Of a stretch of 64,000 bases of DNA, positions 40,550 to 50,377 are shown one piece after another. Where the stretch lies: assembly GCA_965248575.1 (NCBI GenBank), contig CBDFJQ010000002.1:2432001-2496000 (forward strand). Direction: 5' to 3'. The position numbers were made by a program, and so were the translations under genes. This stretch comes from Planctomycetota bacterium. Its GTDB lineage: Bacteria; Planctomycetota; B15-G4. A model generated the notes under the pieces. That model ran no database searches. It had not been told where the DNA came from and saw only the letters and a program-made list of their open reading frames with translations. The stretch's first letter is position 1; the number at the start of each line of letters is the position of its first letter.

Positions 40550-42202
40550 GTGACCACCTCCACCAAAGCGACCGCCGACCACAGCAGCACCGGTTGGCCA
40601 GGCCTGGCTGCCCTTGTTCTGCTGCTGGGGTTGGCCATGGCCGTCATGATCCCCTTGACCTTCACGGAGGCGCCTCAGGACGACTCCTACATCAGCTACC
40701 GCTACGCGCAGAACTTCGTGAACGGCGACGGCCTGGTGTTCAACGCTGGCGAAACCCCGGTCGAGGGCTACACCAACTTCCTCTGGACGGTGCTGATCGG
40801 TCTCGGCATGGCCGCCGGAAGTGATCCGGAGCTTCTGGGCCCCGCCCTGGGTTTGCTCGCGACCTTGGGAGCCGCCTGGCTCACCGCGCTCCTGGCCAGA
40901 CGTCTGGGCGCCCGACCGCTGCTCGCCGCGCTGGCGGTGCTGCTCTTTGCAGTCCAACCCAGCTTCACGGTGCACGCCATCTCCGGCTTGGAGACGAGCA
41001 CGTTCATGTTCCTGGCGGCGCTGTCGATCCTGCCTCGCGTGCGCAGCGAACGTCGCACCCGGGATGACCTCATCTCCACTGCGGCCCTGTCTGCAGCTGC
41101 GCTCACCCGTCCAGAAGGCATCTTCCTGTTCGGGCTGCTGGAGATCGCCGATGCGGTGGCCGCGTGGAGTGGACGCCGTACCGAGCCTTCGGCCATGAGC
41201 AGATGGTTTGCAGGTGCACTGCGTCGCGGGTTGCCCTTCGCCGTCGTCGTGGGCACTCACATGCTGTGGCGCCACTCCTTCTACGGCGATTGGGTGCCCA
41301 ACACCTTCCACGCGAAGGTCGATCCCGGCCCCCTGGTCTGGGCCGGTGGTCTCGAGTACGCGGCGAACGGAGCACGTCAATTCGGACTGTTCCTCTTCGT
41401 GCTGCCCTACCTCCTGCTGCGCTCGGGGCCCGGTCGCGCGGGACGTCTCGTGTGCGCGTTCATCAGCACCGCCTATCTGGCCTACATCGTTTCGGTGGGC
41501 GGCGACTACATGCCGACCTTCCGCTTCCTGCTCCCGTTGATCCCCCTCTGGTGCGCACTCGCTGCGGCCTCGACCAGCGTCCTGGGCGAGCGCCTGGGCG
41601 GGCAACAGGGCAGACGCCTCGCGACCCTGGTGTTCGTCATCATGGGAGCTTTGGGAACCTGGGTTGGCTACGACGACGGTGAGTTCTGGCCCGAACAGGA
41701 TGTGCAGCAAGCGCGCCTGGTGGCGGCGGGCAAGAAGTTGAACGAGATCCTTCCTGCCGATGCCTGGATGGCTGCCACAGCCTGTGGACGCGTGCCCTAC
41801 TTCGCTGAACGACGCTGCATCGACATGATGGGCCTGAGCGACGCGCACATCGGCCGCAAGCCATCGGCCGAGATGGACACTCTGTTCCTGGAGGGCCATC
41901 TCAAGGGGGATGGCCGCTACGTGCTCGACCGCCAACCCGATGTGATCGTCTTCCTGCGCCTCGTCACCACGCCCGGCTCCCTGGCGGACTCCCCCGACTG
42001 GCCGCGCCAGACCCAGCGCCAAACCTTCAGCATCAGCGAGGGAGAGATCGTCCAAGACCCACGCTTCCGACAGGAGTACGCCCTGTACAGCGTCCCCTTG
42101 CCTGACGTGGGCGTGTTCATGAACGTCTTTGCGAAGCCCGGCACCTTTGATGCCCAGCCGCCCAAGGGATTGCGCAAGGCCGACTGGCCGAAACGCAACT
42201 AG
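40550..42202 (+). CDS. GT-C fold membrane glycosyltransferase (arabinofuranosyltransferase-like)
   Basis: DDSYISYRYA, VEGYTNFLW, GLET, TRPEG, PNTFHAK, GGDYM..RF, IDMMGL. Confidence 0.85.
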   Translation: MTTSTKATADHSSTGWPGLAALVLLLGLAMAVMIPLTFTEAPQDDSYISYRYAQNFVNGDGLVFNAGETPVEGYTNFLWTVLIGLGMAAGSDPELLGPALGLLATLGAAWLTALLARRLGARPLLAALAVLLFAVQPSFTVHAISGLETSTFMFLAALSILPRVRSERRTRDDLISTAALSAAALTRPEGIFLFGLLEIADAVAAWSGRRTEPSAMSRWFAGALRRGLPFAVVVGTHMLWRHSFYGDWVPNTFHAKVDPGPLVWAGGLEYAANGARQFGLFLFVLPYLLLRSGPGRAGRLVCAFISTAYLAYIVSVGGDYMPTFRFLLPLIPLWCALAAASTSVLGERLGGQQGRRLATLVFVIMGALGTWVGYDDGEFWPEQDVQQARLVAAGKKLNEILPADAWMAATACGRVPYFAERRCIDMMGLSDAHIGRKPSAEMDTLFLEGHLKGDGRYVLDRQPDVIVFLRLVTTPGSLADSPDWPRQTQRQTFSISEGEIVQDPRFRQEYALYSVPLPDVGVFMNVFAKPGTFDAQPPKGLRKADWPKRN

Positions 42203-42285
42203 CGCGCCGCGGCCGGCGGGACGCCCAGCGCCCCCCTGCTTTGATACACCATCGTTGAACAGGTCGCCCTCACGGAGAAGAGAGC

Positions 42286-42600
42286 ATGATCCGGACGAAC
42301 ATCGAGAGCATTCCAGGCATGACGATCGTCGAGCACTATGGGCTGGTCCAGGGCAGCACCATTCGGGCCAAGCACATCGGGCGCGATATGATGGCAGGGC
42401 TCAAGAACATCGTCGGTGGCGAGCTGAGGGGCTACACCGAGCTGCTCGTAGAAGCGCGCAATGAAGCCGTCCAACGCATGGAGCAGCAGGCCATGGAGCT
42501 GGGTGCCAACGCCATCATCAATGTGCGCTTCTCCACCTCATCCGTAGCCCAGGGCGCCGCCGAGATGCTGGCCTATGGCACCGCGGTCCGAGCAGAGTAG
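42286..42600 (+). CDS. YbjQ/UPF0145 family protein
   Basis: GLKNIVGGELRGY, GANAIINVRF, AYGTAV. Confidence 0.95.
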   Translation: MIRTNIESIPGMTIVEHYGLVQGSTIRAKHIGRDMMAGLKNIVGGELRGYTELLVEARNEAVQRMEQQAMELGANAIINVRFSTSSVAQGAAEMLAYGTAVRAE

Positions 42601-42604
42601 ACCC

Positions 42605-43066
42605 ATGAGCGACCTGCTCGACATTCTTCCGCTCCTGCTGGGGCTCGTGTTGGTGCTGGTCGGCTTCGTCGCTGGACGTGCCGCAGAGAAGCAGCACTAC
42701 AGGAGCATCCGAACCCGGGAGCAGGAGTGGCTGAACATCCCGGCCGTCAGCTCCAAGACCCTGCATGACTCACGCCCCGTGGCGTCCAGCAACCTCGTCA
42801 GCGGCTCCGTGGTGGTGTCGGTGGACCACTTCAAGCGCATGCTCATGGCCTTCCGCAGCATCTGGGGCGGCGAGGTGAAATCCTATTCACCACTCATCGA
42901 CCGGGGCCGACGGGAAGCCCTGCTGCGCATGAAGGAATCCTGCCCCGACGCCGACCTCTTCCTGAACTGCCGGCTCGAGACGGCGGCCATCTCCAACGGT
43001 TACGGCAAGGCCGTCGGCACCGTTGAGGTCCATGCGTACGGAACCGCCGTGCGCTTCCTCGGGTGA
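42605..43066 (+). CDS. YbjQ-like protein with N-terminal TM helix
   Basis: GGEVKSY, RREALLRMKE, AYGTAV. Confidence 0.88.
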   Translation: MSDLLDILPLLLGLVLVLVGFVAGRAAEKQHYRSIRTREQEWLNIPAVSSKTLHDSRPVASSNLVSGSVVVSVDHFKRMLMAFRSIWGGEVKSYSPLIDRGRREALLRMKESCPDADLFLNCRLETAAISNGYGKAVGTVEVHAYGTAVRFLG

Positions 43067-43902
43067 AGTTCGTCGCCAAGGAGCTCGTCGAGACAGCCGA
43101 CGTCTCCCAGGGCGAGACCCATTGGCACGACAAGCTGAAGCTCTTCCTGACGGTGAGCGCGGCCATCGTGCTCGCCTACTTCGGCCTCGGCGCCCTGGCG
43201 CAGGTGACAGCGACCCACATCTCGCCCGAGATGGAGGTCCAGCTCTTCCGCTGGATCGATCCGCCCGAAGAATGGGGCATCGAAAGCTGGACTGCCGACG
43301 CACCGGGCCGCGACAGCTTCAGCGAGTCGTTCCAACGCACGCAATCGATCTTCGAGGGCCTCCTGGCCCAGGGCGACCTCAGGCCGTTGCCCTACAGCCT
43401 GCACCTGGTTCAGCTGGAAGATCCCAACGCCTTCGCGATGCCGGGTGGCAACGTGGTCGTCACCTCGGGCCTCCTCGAGGCCCTGACCGACGACGTCAGC
43501 CTGGCCATGGTGCTCGCCCACGAGTTGGGCCATCAGCAGCACCGACACGTCCTGGAGCGCATGGGGCGCAGCCTGCTCCTCTCGGTCTGCATGAACGTGC
43601 TCTTGGGCAGCGCCGGGGGCTCCGGTCTGGTGGAGAGCTCCGTGCAGCTGGCCGAGGCCGGGCACTCCAGGGATCAGGAGCGGGAAGCCGATGCGTTCGG
43701 CCTGACGCTGGTGCACGGCGTGTACGGCAGCACGGAGGGGGCGGTGGGATTCTTCGAGCATCTCCTGGAGCGCTCGAAAGACGAAGGCGGCATGGAGTCC
43801 TGGGGGATCCTGCTCGCCTCGCACCCCGCGACCCCTGCCCGCATCGCTGATCTGCGGACCCTGGCTGAGCAGTTGGACGCAGGGGCCCAGCCCGGGCGTT
43901 AG
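43063..43902 (+). CDS. M48 family zinc metallopeptidase
   Basis: NAFAMPGG, AHELGH, EREAD, SHP...RI; GTGA overlap with the upstream gene. Confidence 0.93.
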   Translation: MKFVAKELVETADVSQGETHWHDKLKLFLTVSAAIVLAYFGLGALAQVTATHISPEMEVQLFRWIDPPEEWGIESWTADAPGRDSFSESFQRTQSIFEGLLAQGDLRPLPYSLHLVQLEDPNAFAMPGGNVVVTSGLLEALTDDVSLAMVLAHELGHQQHRHVLERMGRSLLLSVCMNVLLGSAGGSGLVESSVQLAEAGHSRDQEREADAFGLTLVHGVYGSTEGAVGFFEHLLERSKDEGGMESWGILLASHPATPARIADLRTLAEQLDAGAQPGR

Positions 43903-43923
43903 GGGCGTGATACGCTCGCGCGC

Positions 43924-46260
43924 GTGCTCACACCGCTCCCTGTACGACCGTTTCCTACCCTGCGGCAGGCTCTCTTCCTGGCGCCGCTGATGCTCGCCAT
44001 GACGATGCCAGGCTGTGGCGAGGCCGAGGCTCCATCGACGAGCACCGACACCAACAGCGATACCGGGGCCGGCGCTGCAAGCTCCGCCTCCGAGTCGGGC
44101 AGCACGTCCTTCAACGCGGGTCACGTGCGCATGCAAGAAGAGCTCGCTGCCATCCAGAAGAGCGTGGTGCGCGAGAACCGTTTCCTCGGCGACGCAGAGC
44201 TGATCTCCTTCCAGAAGCAGCTCGACCTCTTTCCAGGTGACGCCGAGCGCCGGGTGGATCTCCTGGTCGAGATCGCCGTACACCAGCTGAAGCTCGGACG
44301 GGCGCGCAAGTCCATCCAGAGCTTCAACGAGGCCCAGAAGCTCCTGCCGCAGCTCTCGGGCCGCAGCCGCCCCCGGGCCACGATGCGAGTGCTCTTCGGC
44401 CAGGGGCTCGCCTACCTGCGCCTGGGCGAGACGAGCAACTGCGTCGACTGCCACAGCGTCGACAGCTGCATCCTGCCCATCCGCGGCAGCGGCACCCATG
44501 AGTTCAAGGAGGGATCGCGCGGCGCCGTCGCTGCCTTCCTTGACCTCCTGCGCCAGCCCTCGTTGCCGGCCGCCGTGCAGAGCAAGGCGCGCTGGCTGCT
44601 GAACATCGCCGCCATGACCCTCGGCGAGTATCCCGGCGCCGTGCCAGAAGAGCATCGAATCCCCGAGCGTGTCTTCGAAGCGCAGGCCGACTTCACACGC
44701 TTCCGCGACGTAGCCTCGGACGTGGGCTTGGACAGCTTCAATCTGAGCGGCGGCGCCGTCATCGAGGACTTCGATGGCGACAACCGTCTGGACGTCCTGA
44801 CCTCGACCTGGGACTACTCCGGTGGAATGCACTCCTTCCAGAACCCAGGCACCGGGCGCTTCGAAGAACGCACGGCGGCAGCCGGGCTCGAAGGCTTCAC
44901 GGGCGGCCTCAACATGGTCCACGCCGACTACGACAACGACGGCGACGCCGATGTGCTCGTGTTGCGAGGGGCATGGTTCGATGCCCTCGGGCGCCACCCC
45001 AACTCCCTGCTTCAGAACGATGGCTCGGGGCGCTTCACCGACGTCAGCTTTGCGTCCGGCATGGGCGAGACCCACTACCCCACCCAGGCGGCGGCCTGGG
45101 CGGACTACGATCTGGACGGAGACCTCGACCTCTACGTCGCCAACGAGGCCGGCGAGCGGCACGTCTTCCCCTCGCAGCTCTTCCGCAACAGCTTGAACGA
45201 GGGCCTCCCGAGCTCTGCAGCCTTCCAAGATGTGGCCCGGCAATCGGGTGTCGAGAACCTGCGCTACTCCAAGGGCGTGAGTTGGGGTGACTACGACGAC
45301 GACGGCCTGCCCGACCTCTACGTCTCCAACTACACCGACCCCAACCGCCTCTACCAAAACCAAGGAGATGGCCGCTTCGAGGATGTGGCGTCGGCGTCCG
45401 CCGTGCTCGACCCGATCCAGAGCTTCGTGCCCTGGTTCTGGGACTACAACAACGACGGCCTGCTGGATCTCTACGTCGCGGCCTACGTCGAAGATGTGTC
45501 CCAGAACATCGCTGGCATGCTCGGCGAACCCCACGCGGGTCAGTCGGGCCGTTTGTACAAGGGGGATGGCGCCGGAGGCTTCGAAGATGTCACCGATGCC
45601 TGCGGGCTCTCCGCGTTGGTCACGACCATGGGGGCCAGCTACGGCGACCTGGACAACGACGGCTGGCTCGACTTCTACCTGGGCACCGGTTACCCAAGCT
45701 ATGAGGCCCTGACCCCCAACGTCATGTACCGGAACGTCGACGGTCAGCGCTTCGAAGATGTCTCCATTGCTGGCGGCTTCTCCCACTTGCAGAAGGGCCA
45801 CGCCGTGGTCTTCGCGGACCTCGATGACGACGGCGACCAGGACGTCTTCCAGCAGATGGGCGGCGCCTACCTCGGGGACTCCTTCCACGATGTGCTCTAC
45901 GAGAACCCGGGCCACGGCAACCACTGGCTGCGCCTGAAGCTCGTGGGCAGCACGAGCAACCGCTCGGGGCTCGGCGTGCGCCTCAGAGTGGACTTCACGG
46001 AGCAGGGCAAGGCCCGGTCCATCCACCGGCGACTCCCCGTCAGCGGCTCCTTCGGCTCGGCCCCGCTCCAGCACCACCTGGGGCTAGGGAAGGCTGCCAG
46101 CATCGACCGCCTGACGCTGCAGTGGCCGGCCTCTGGTGTCGAGCAGGTTTTCGAAGCCGTCCCAGTGGATCGTGCCTATCAAGTCCACGAGGACGAGGAC
46201 GCCATGCGGCCTTTGCAGCTGTCCCCCTTCCAGTTCCAGCAGCCGAAGGGCTCGCGCTGA
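43924..46260 (+). CDS. CRTAC1-family protein (FG-GAP/VCBS repeats plus ASPIC/UnbV domain), probable lipoprotein
   Basis: Repeated DYDNDG/DLDxDG, C-terminal HLGLG...WP.SG..Q. Confidence 0.92.
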   Translation: MLTPLPVRPFPTLRQALFLAPLMLAMTMPGCGEAEAPSTSTDTNSDTGAGAASSASESGSTSFNAGHVRMQEELAAIQKSVVRENRFLGDAELISFQKQLDLFPGDAERRVDLLVEIAVHQLKLGRARKSIQSFNEAQKLLPQLSGRSRPRATMRVLFGQGLAYLRLGETSNCVDCHSVDSCILPIRGSGTHEFKEGSRGAVAAFLDLLRQPSLPAAVQSKARWLLNIAAMTLGEYPGAVPEEHRIPERVFEAQADFTRFRDVASDVGLDSFNLSGGAVIEDFDGDNRLDVLTSTWDYSGGMHSFQNPGTGRFEERTAAAGLEGFTGGLNMVHADYDNDGDADVLVLRGAWFDALGRHPNSLLQNDGSGRFTDVSFASGMGETHYPTQAAAWADYDLDGDLDLYVANEAGERHVFPSQLFRNSLNEGLPSSAAFQDVARQSGVENLRYSKGVSWGDYDDDGLPDLYVSNYTDPNRLYQNQGDGRFEDVASASAVLDPIQSFVPWFWDYNNDGLLDLYVAAYVEDVSQNIAGMLGEPHAGQSGRLYKGDGAGGFEDVTDACGLSALVTTMGASYGDLDNDGWLDFYLGTGYPSYEALTPNVMYRNVDGQRFEDVSIAGGFSHLQKGHAVVFADLDDDGDQDVFQQMGGAYLGDSFHDVLYENPGHGNHWLRLKLVGSTSNRSGLGVRLRVDFTEQGKARSIHRRLPVSGSFGSAPLQHHLGLGKAASIDRLTLQWPASGVEQVFEAVPVDRAYQVHEDEDAMRPLQLSPFQFQQPKGSR

Positions 46261-46274
46261 GGTCGCCCATTCCC

Positions 46275-47828
46275 ATGGCCTTCTTGCTGCTGCTGTTCGC
46301 GTCCATGGCCCCCGTGCTGGCCTCGACTCCGGCTCCGATTCCTGTACCCAATCCTGTCCAGGGCCCGACACAGGATTCGGAACAGGTTGCAGCGGGCGTT
46401 GCGGAGCCAGCGGACTCCGAGCGCCCCAGCGGGCTCATCCTCCACGAGCCGGCTGCCTTCGAGGGCTACACCCTCGTGGGGCCCATCCGGTCCAGCTCCG
46501 TCTACTTGCTGAAGATGGACGGCACGGTGGCTCATCGCTGGGAGACGGACTCCTCTCCCGGCGCCTCCGTCAGTTTGTTGGGCGACGGAAGCCTGCTGCG
46601 CTGCACACGCGTCTGGGAAAATCCCGTTTTCCGCGGTGGCGGCATCGGCGGCCGTTTGCAGCTCATCTCCTGGGAGGGCGAGCTGCTCTGGGATTACCCC
46701 ATGGCAAGTGAGTCCATCACGCAGCACCACGATGCCGAAGCCCTGCCGAACGGCAACATGCTGGTGATCGTCTGGGAGCGCAAGCCGCCGGGCACCGCGG
46801 AGCAGGCCGGAAGGGATCCTCAGGTCTTGGGGCCCGATGGCCTCTGGCCCGATGCCGTGCTGGAGATCAAGCCTCTGCCACCCAGCGGGGGTGAAGTGGT
46901 TTGGGAGTGGCACGCGTGGGACCACCTCATCCAGGACCAGAACCCACGCAAGGACAACTTCGGGGTGGTGGCCAACCACCCCGAACGCATCGACATCAAC
47001 GGCGACCTCCTGAGCCCGGAGCAGCACGCGGAGGAGCGTCGGCGTGCAGCCGATCTGGCCCGGCAGATGTTGGAGCTGGGTTATGTTGCCGGCGGCAAGG
47101 ATGGCGCCGGGGGCGGCACAGAAGCCCGGGTCAGCGGAGACTGGCTGCACACCAACTCCGTCTCCTACCACCCGGAGTTCGATCTGATCCTGCTCAGCAC
47201 CCCCCGTTTCCACGAGGTCTGGGTGATCGACCACTCCACGACGACGGCCGAGGCCGCCGGGAGCCGGGGTGGACGCTGGGGACTCGGCGGCGACCTGCTG
47301 TATCGCTGGGGAAACCCCGCTGCCTCTCAACGAGGCCTCCGGGGCGATCGCCAGCTGTTTGCCCAGCACGACGCCCGCTGGGTGCTGACAGCGGACGGGC
47401 CGGATTCCGCCACCCAGGAATTGCGGCTCACCCTCTTCAACAACGGGCAGGGTCGACCCGGGGGTGATCAATCCTCCGTCGACGAGCTGCTGTTGCCCTT
47501 CGACCCCGACACCGGCTTCCGGCTCGACGGGGAGTCGGCCTACGGCCCGAGCCAACCCCTCTGGTCCTACGGCAGCGGGGAGGGTGAGTCCTTCTACTCA
47601 GCCTTCATCTCGGGCGCGCAGCGTCTGCCCAACGGCAACACTCTCGTCTGCGCCGGCCCCCAGGGCAGGGTGTTCGAAGTCACCCCCGAGGGGCACATCG
47701 TGTGGGAGTTCTGGAACCCCTTCGGGGGCGATGTGCGCGCCAACCCCAACGGCGGCCGCGTCCCAGACCAGGCGCTCTTCCGCGCGCGACGCTTCGCCCC
47801 GGAGCATCCGGGAGTGTCACGGCTCTAG
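46275..47828 (+). CDS. Aryl-sulfate sulfotransferase (ASST-like) protein
   Basis: QHHD, DWLHTNS, LLYRWGNP, QHDA, FNNG, SGAQRLPNGNTL. Confidence 0.87.
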   Translation: MAFLLLLFASMAPVLASTPAPIPVPNPVQGPTQDSEQVAAGVAEPADSERPSGLILHEPAAFEGYTLVGPIRSSSVYLLKMDGTVAHRWETDSSPGASVSLLGDGSLLRCTRVWENPVFRGGGIGGRLQLISWEGELLWDYPMASESITQHHDAEALPNGNMLVIVWERKPPGTAEQAGRDPQVLGPDGLWPDAVLEIKPLPPSGGEVVWEWHAWDHLIQDQNPRKDNFGVVANHPERIDINGDLLSPEQHAEERRRAADLARQMLELGYVAGGKDGAGGGTEARVSGDWLHTNSVSYHPEFDLILLSTPRFHEVWVIDHSTTTAEAAGSRGGRWGLGGDLLYRWGNPAASQRGLRGDRQLFAQHDARWVLTADGPDSATQELRLTLFNNGQGRPGGDQSSVDELLLPFDPDTGFRLDGESAYGPSQPLWSYGSGEGESFYSAFISGAQRLPNGNTLVCAGPQGRVFEVTPEGHIVWEFWNPFGGDVRANPNGGRVPDQALFRARRFAPEHPGVSRL

Positions 47829-47870
47829 CGTCCAGGCCTGGGGCGGCCGAGGTCCGGCGTTCCTGCCAAC

Positions 47871-48506
47871 CTACTTGTTGGGTTGGGGCGTGACACGCAG
47901 GTAAGGCTTCAGTTCCTTCCAGCCCCTGGGGAACTCACCCTTGGCATCCTCGTTCGACATGGTCGGAACGATGATGACATCCTCACCGTCCTTCCAGTTC
48001 ACGGGGGTGGCCACGTTGTGGTTCGCCGTCAGCTGCAGGGAATCGATGACGCGCAAGATCTCGTTGAAGTTGCGACCGGCCGACGGCGGATAGGTGATGG
48101 TCAACTTGACCTTCTTGTCTGGGCCGATGACGAACACCGAACGCACGGTGAAGGTCTCCGCCGCGTTGGGGTGGATCATGTCGTAGAGCTCGGACACCGT
48201 GCGATCGGGGTCACCCAACAACGGAAAATTCAACGCGGTTCCCTGGGTCTCTTCGATGTCTCCGGCCCAGGCCTTGTGGTCCTCGACAGAATCCACGCTC
48301 AGGCCGATGACCTTGCAATTGCGCTTCTCGAACTCGGGCTTGAGCCGCGCCACCTCACCCAGCTCGGTGGTGCAAACGGGCGTGAAGTCCTTGGGGTGCG
48401 AGAAGAGCACGCCCCAGCCGTCGCCCAGCCAGTCATGAAAGCTGATCGGGCCATCAGTGCTGTCCGCGTTGAAATCGGGTGCGGTATCCCCCAGACGAAT
48501 CGCCAT
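47871..48506 (-). CDS. 1-Cys peroxiredoxin (Prx6 family)
   Basis: FSHPKDFTPVCTTE, GRNFNEILRVIDSLQ, ATPVNW; SD AAGGAG before ATG 48506. Confidence 0.95.
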   Translation of the reverse strand: MAIRLGDTAPDFNADSTDGPISFHDWLGDGWGVLFSHPKDFTPVCTTELGEVARLKPEFEKRNCKVIGLSVDSVEDHKAWAGDIEETQGTALNFPLLGDPDRTVSELYDMIHPNAAETFTVRSVFVIGPDKKVKLTITYPPSAGRNFNEILRVIDSLQLTANHNVATPVNWKDGEDVIIVPTMSNEDAKGEFPRGWKELKPYLRVTPQPNK

Positions 48507-48586
48507 TTCTTTCTCCTTGGTGCCTTCCCAGGCAGGTTGACTGCGCCTTCCAGGCGAGTGTCGAGGCACCATAGCGCATCAGCCTT

Positions 48587-49729
48587 TCAGCGCGCATCCA
48601 CACCCCCGGAGATCAGCTCCATGAGCCACGTAGGCAGGGGGGCCATGGGCATCCGCTCGGTGCGAAACAGCTCCCATGCCCGCTCCCGATGCCGGGCCCA
48701 GCGACGGTCCATCTGCTCGGGGTCCACCAAGCCGGAAACGTGGATCTCCCGAACGAAGGGACACCAGCGGAAGCCAAGACGACCGTAGAGTCCCTTGTCC
48801 TTGGGCACGCTGACCATGCCGTAGCCCTGCAAGCTCGCGACGAGCCTCGTACTCTTCACCACCAACTTCAGCGTGTAGGGCTCCCCCCACATCATGTCGT
48901 ACTTGCCGCCGGGAGTCCGGTCGGTGTCCAACAGTTCCGACTGCCCGCCGTCCCAGCCATAGACCACCCCCTGGCTCCAGAGCCCCTTGGATTTCCGATA
49001 GGTCGACGGCCAGGTGTAGTCCACCGTGTAGGCGAGCCCCGCATCCCCTGACAGCGAGAGTGTCGGCGGACGCTTCCGATCCTGGGCGTGCTCAGGGAGC
49101 ACGCCTTCGACCGACATCTGGCAGCCGCCGCGAAAGGGGACCTCGAACATCAGCAAGCCTCCCTCAGAAACAAACCCCTGCGGATGAAAGGAATAGGGAG
49201 ACACGCCCCCCGAGAGATTCAGCGCGGCGTCTCGAACGGGTGCGTCTTGGCGGACGGCCGAACGGGCGTCGAAACGCAACCGTAGGCGACCCGATCGACG
49301 ATTCCAGGAACCGCTGGTGGCACCCAGCAGGGTCTCCACGGGCGGTGCCGTGTAATGTCGTTCGAACACGCACTGCCGCGCCAGTTCCCGCGCATGAGAT
49401 CCGTAACGCTCCCGATCGGTCAGCGTCCCTAGGCCGGTCCAGACCTGCTTCAAGAGGCGCTCAGCGTCGCGCACTCGGCCCTCCCGCAGCCTGCGCTCGA
49501 TTTGCTCCCACATCTGCTCGACATCAGCTCCCTGCTGCGATGCCGGAGAGTCTGACCTCAGCCGCAAGACTGGTTCCGGGCCCATGGCTGAGGCCTGGCC
49601 GCTCAGTCCGAGCCACAGGAAGGCGCTTGCCAAGCACAGGGGCGCCCTCGATGCCGACCCGTCTTCCAGGCCGGCCCGAGCCCGCATGACACGGCTCAAG
49701 GTCAGAAACACTGCGCTGTGTGCCTTCAC
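48587..49729 (-). CDS. Hypothetical protein
   Basis: 380-aa ORF filling the gap; start uncertain. Confidence 0.6.
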   Translation of the reverse strand: MKAHSAVFLTLSRVMRARAGLEDGSASRAPLCLASAFLWLGLSGQASAMGPEPVLRLRSDSPASQQGADVEQMWEQIERRLREGRVRDAERLLKQVWTGLGTLTDRERYGSHARELARQCVFERHYTAPPVETLLGATSGSWNRRSGRLRLRFDARSAVRQDAPVRDAALNLSGGVSPYSFHPQGFVSEGGLLMFEVPFRGGCQMSVEGVLPEHAQDRKRPPTLSLSGDAGLAYTVDYTWPSTYRKSKGLWSQGVVYGWDGGQSELLDTDRTPGGKYDMMWGEPYTLKLVVKSTRLVASLQGYGMVSVPKDKGLYGRLGFRWCPFVREIHVSGLVDPEQMDRRWARHRERAWELFRTERMPMAPLPTWLMELISGGVDAR

Positions 49730-49918
49730 CTCTTCTTCACCTCCCCTTCTCCTCCACCCGAGTCCCTCACTTCCAACGTTCCCCGCTTCCTACCACTCGA
49801 CGGAGCAACATCCCCCACGTGACAGGGCTCCTTTTGTTGTTTCGACCCAGCTCCGGACCTAGCCTGCACGAGAGACATGACCCTCACCCACGGCCGTCAC
49901 CGCTCGGACCTCCACGCC

Positions 49919-50368
49919 ATGCAGATCTCAACAAACCGGCCGGTGCCCGCTCGGCGCTGGCCAAGGGCCCTCACCGCTCTCCTGTTGCTCACGGTCGTTG
50001 TGCTGCCCCAGGCCTGCGTGGGTCCCAGCGACCGCTTGGACGAGAAATTCCGGCACACCATCTCTGAGACCTTCGACGAGCCACCGGGTGTCGTGGTCGA
50101 TCTCGTGGACTCCACTCTCGAGACCCTGCGGCTGCGAATCATGTCGCAGATGATCACGTCCGTAGATGGCCGCTTCGAGGTGCGCACCGCCATGGGCGAT
50201 GACTACCGGGTGGTGGTGGAAGGCCTGCGTACGGATCTCACGCGGGTCGCCGTGGACATGACGTCCGTCCGTCACACTGAACGGGCCCGTCTCATCTTGA
50301 CGGAGATCAGCTCCCGCATCCGTTCCCTGCGATCCGGCCTGCAGTCGGCCAAGGACGAGGCACTGTAA
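49919..50368 (+). CDS. Putative lipoprotein (DUF3568-like)
   Basis: Lipobox-like PQAC; compact alpha/beta domain ending ARLILTEI. Confidence 0.65.
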   Translation: MQISTNRPVPARRWPRALTALLLLTVVVLPQACVGPSDRLDEKFRHTISETFDEPPGVVVDLVDSTLETLRLRIMSQMITSVDGRFEVRTAMGDDYRVVVEGLRTDLTRVAVDMTSVRHTERARLILTEISSRIRSLRSGLQSAKDEAL

Positions 50369-50377
50369 GAGGACGCC

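Noticed and set aside
44440..44454. CVDCH heme-c-like motif in the CRTAC1 protein
   Set aside because: Single occurrence in a Cys/His-containing N-terminal segment with no cytochrome context; probably coincidental
43000..46077. 1025-aa minus-strand ORF and other long antisense or alternate-frame ORFs (e.g. 73-1902, 40433-42055, 51657-53132)
   Set aside because: Shadow ORFs opposite well-supported genes, expected in high-GC DNA; no motifs
3375..46260. Other TGA stops (3377, 4238, 5097, 8684, 20986, 26868, 40345, 46260) as Sec codons
   Set aside because: They fall at natural protein ends without a Cys-motif context or an evident in-frame domain continuation
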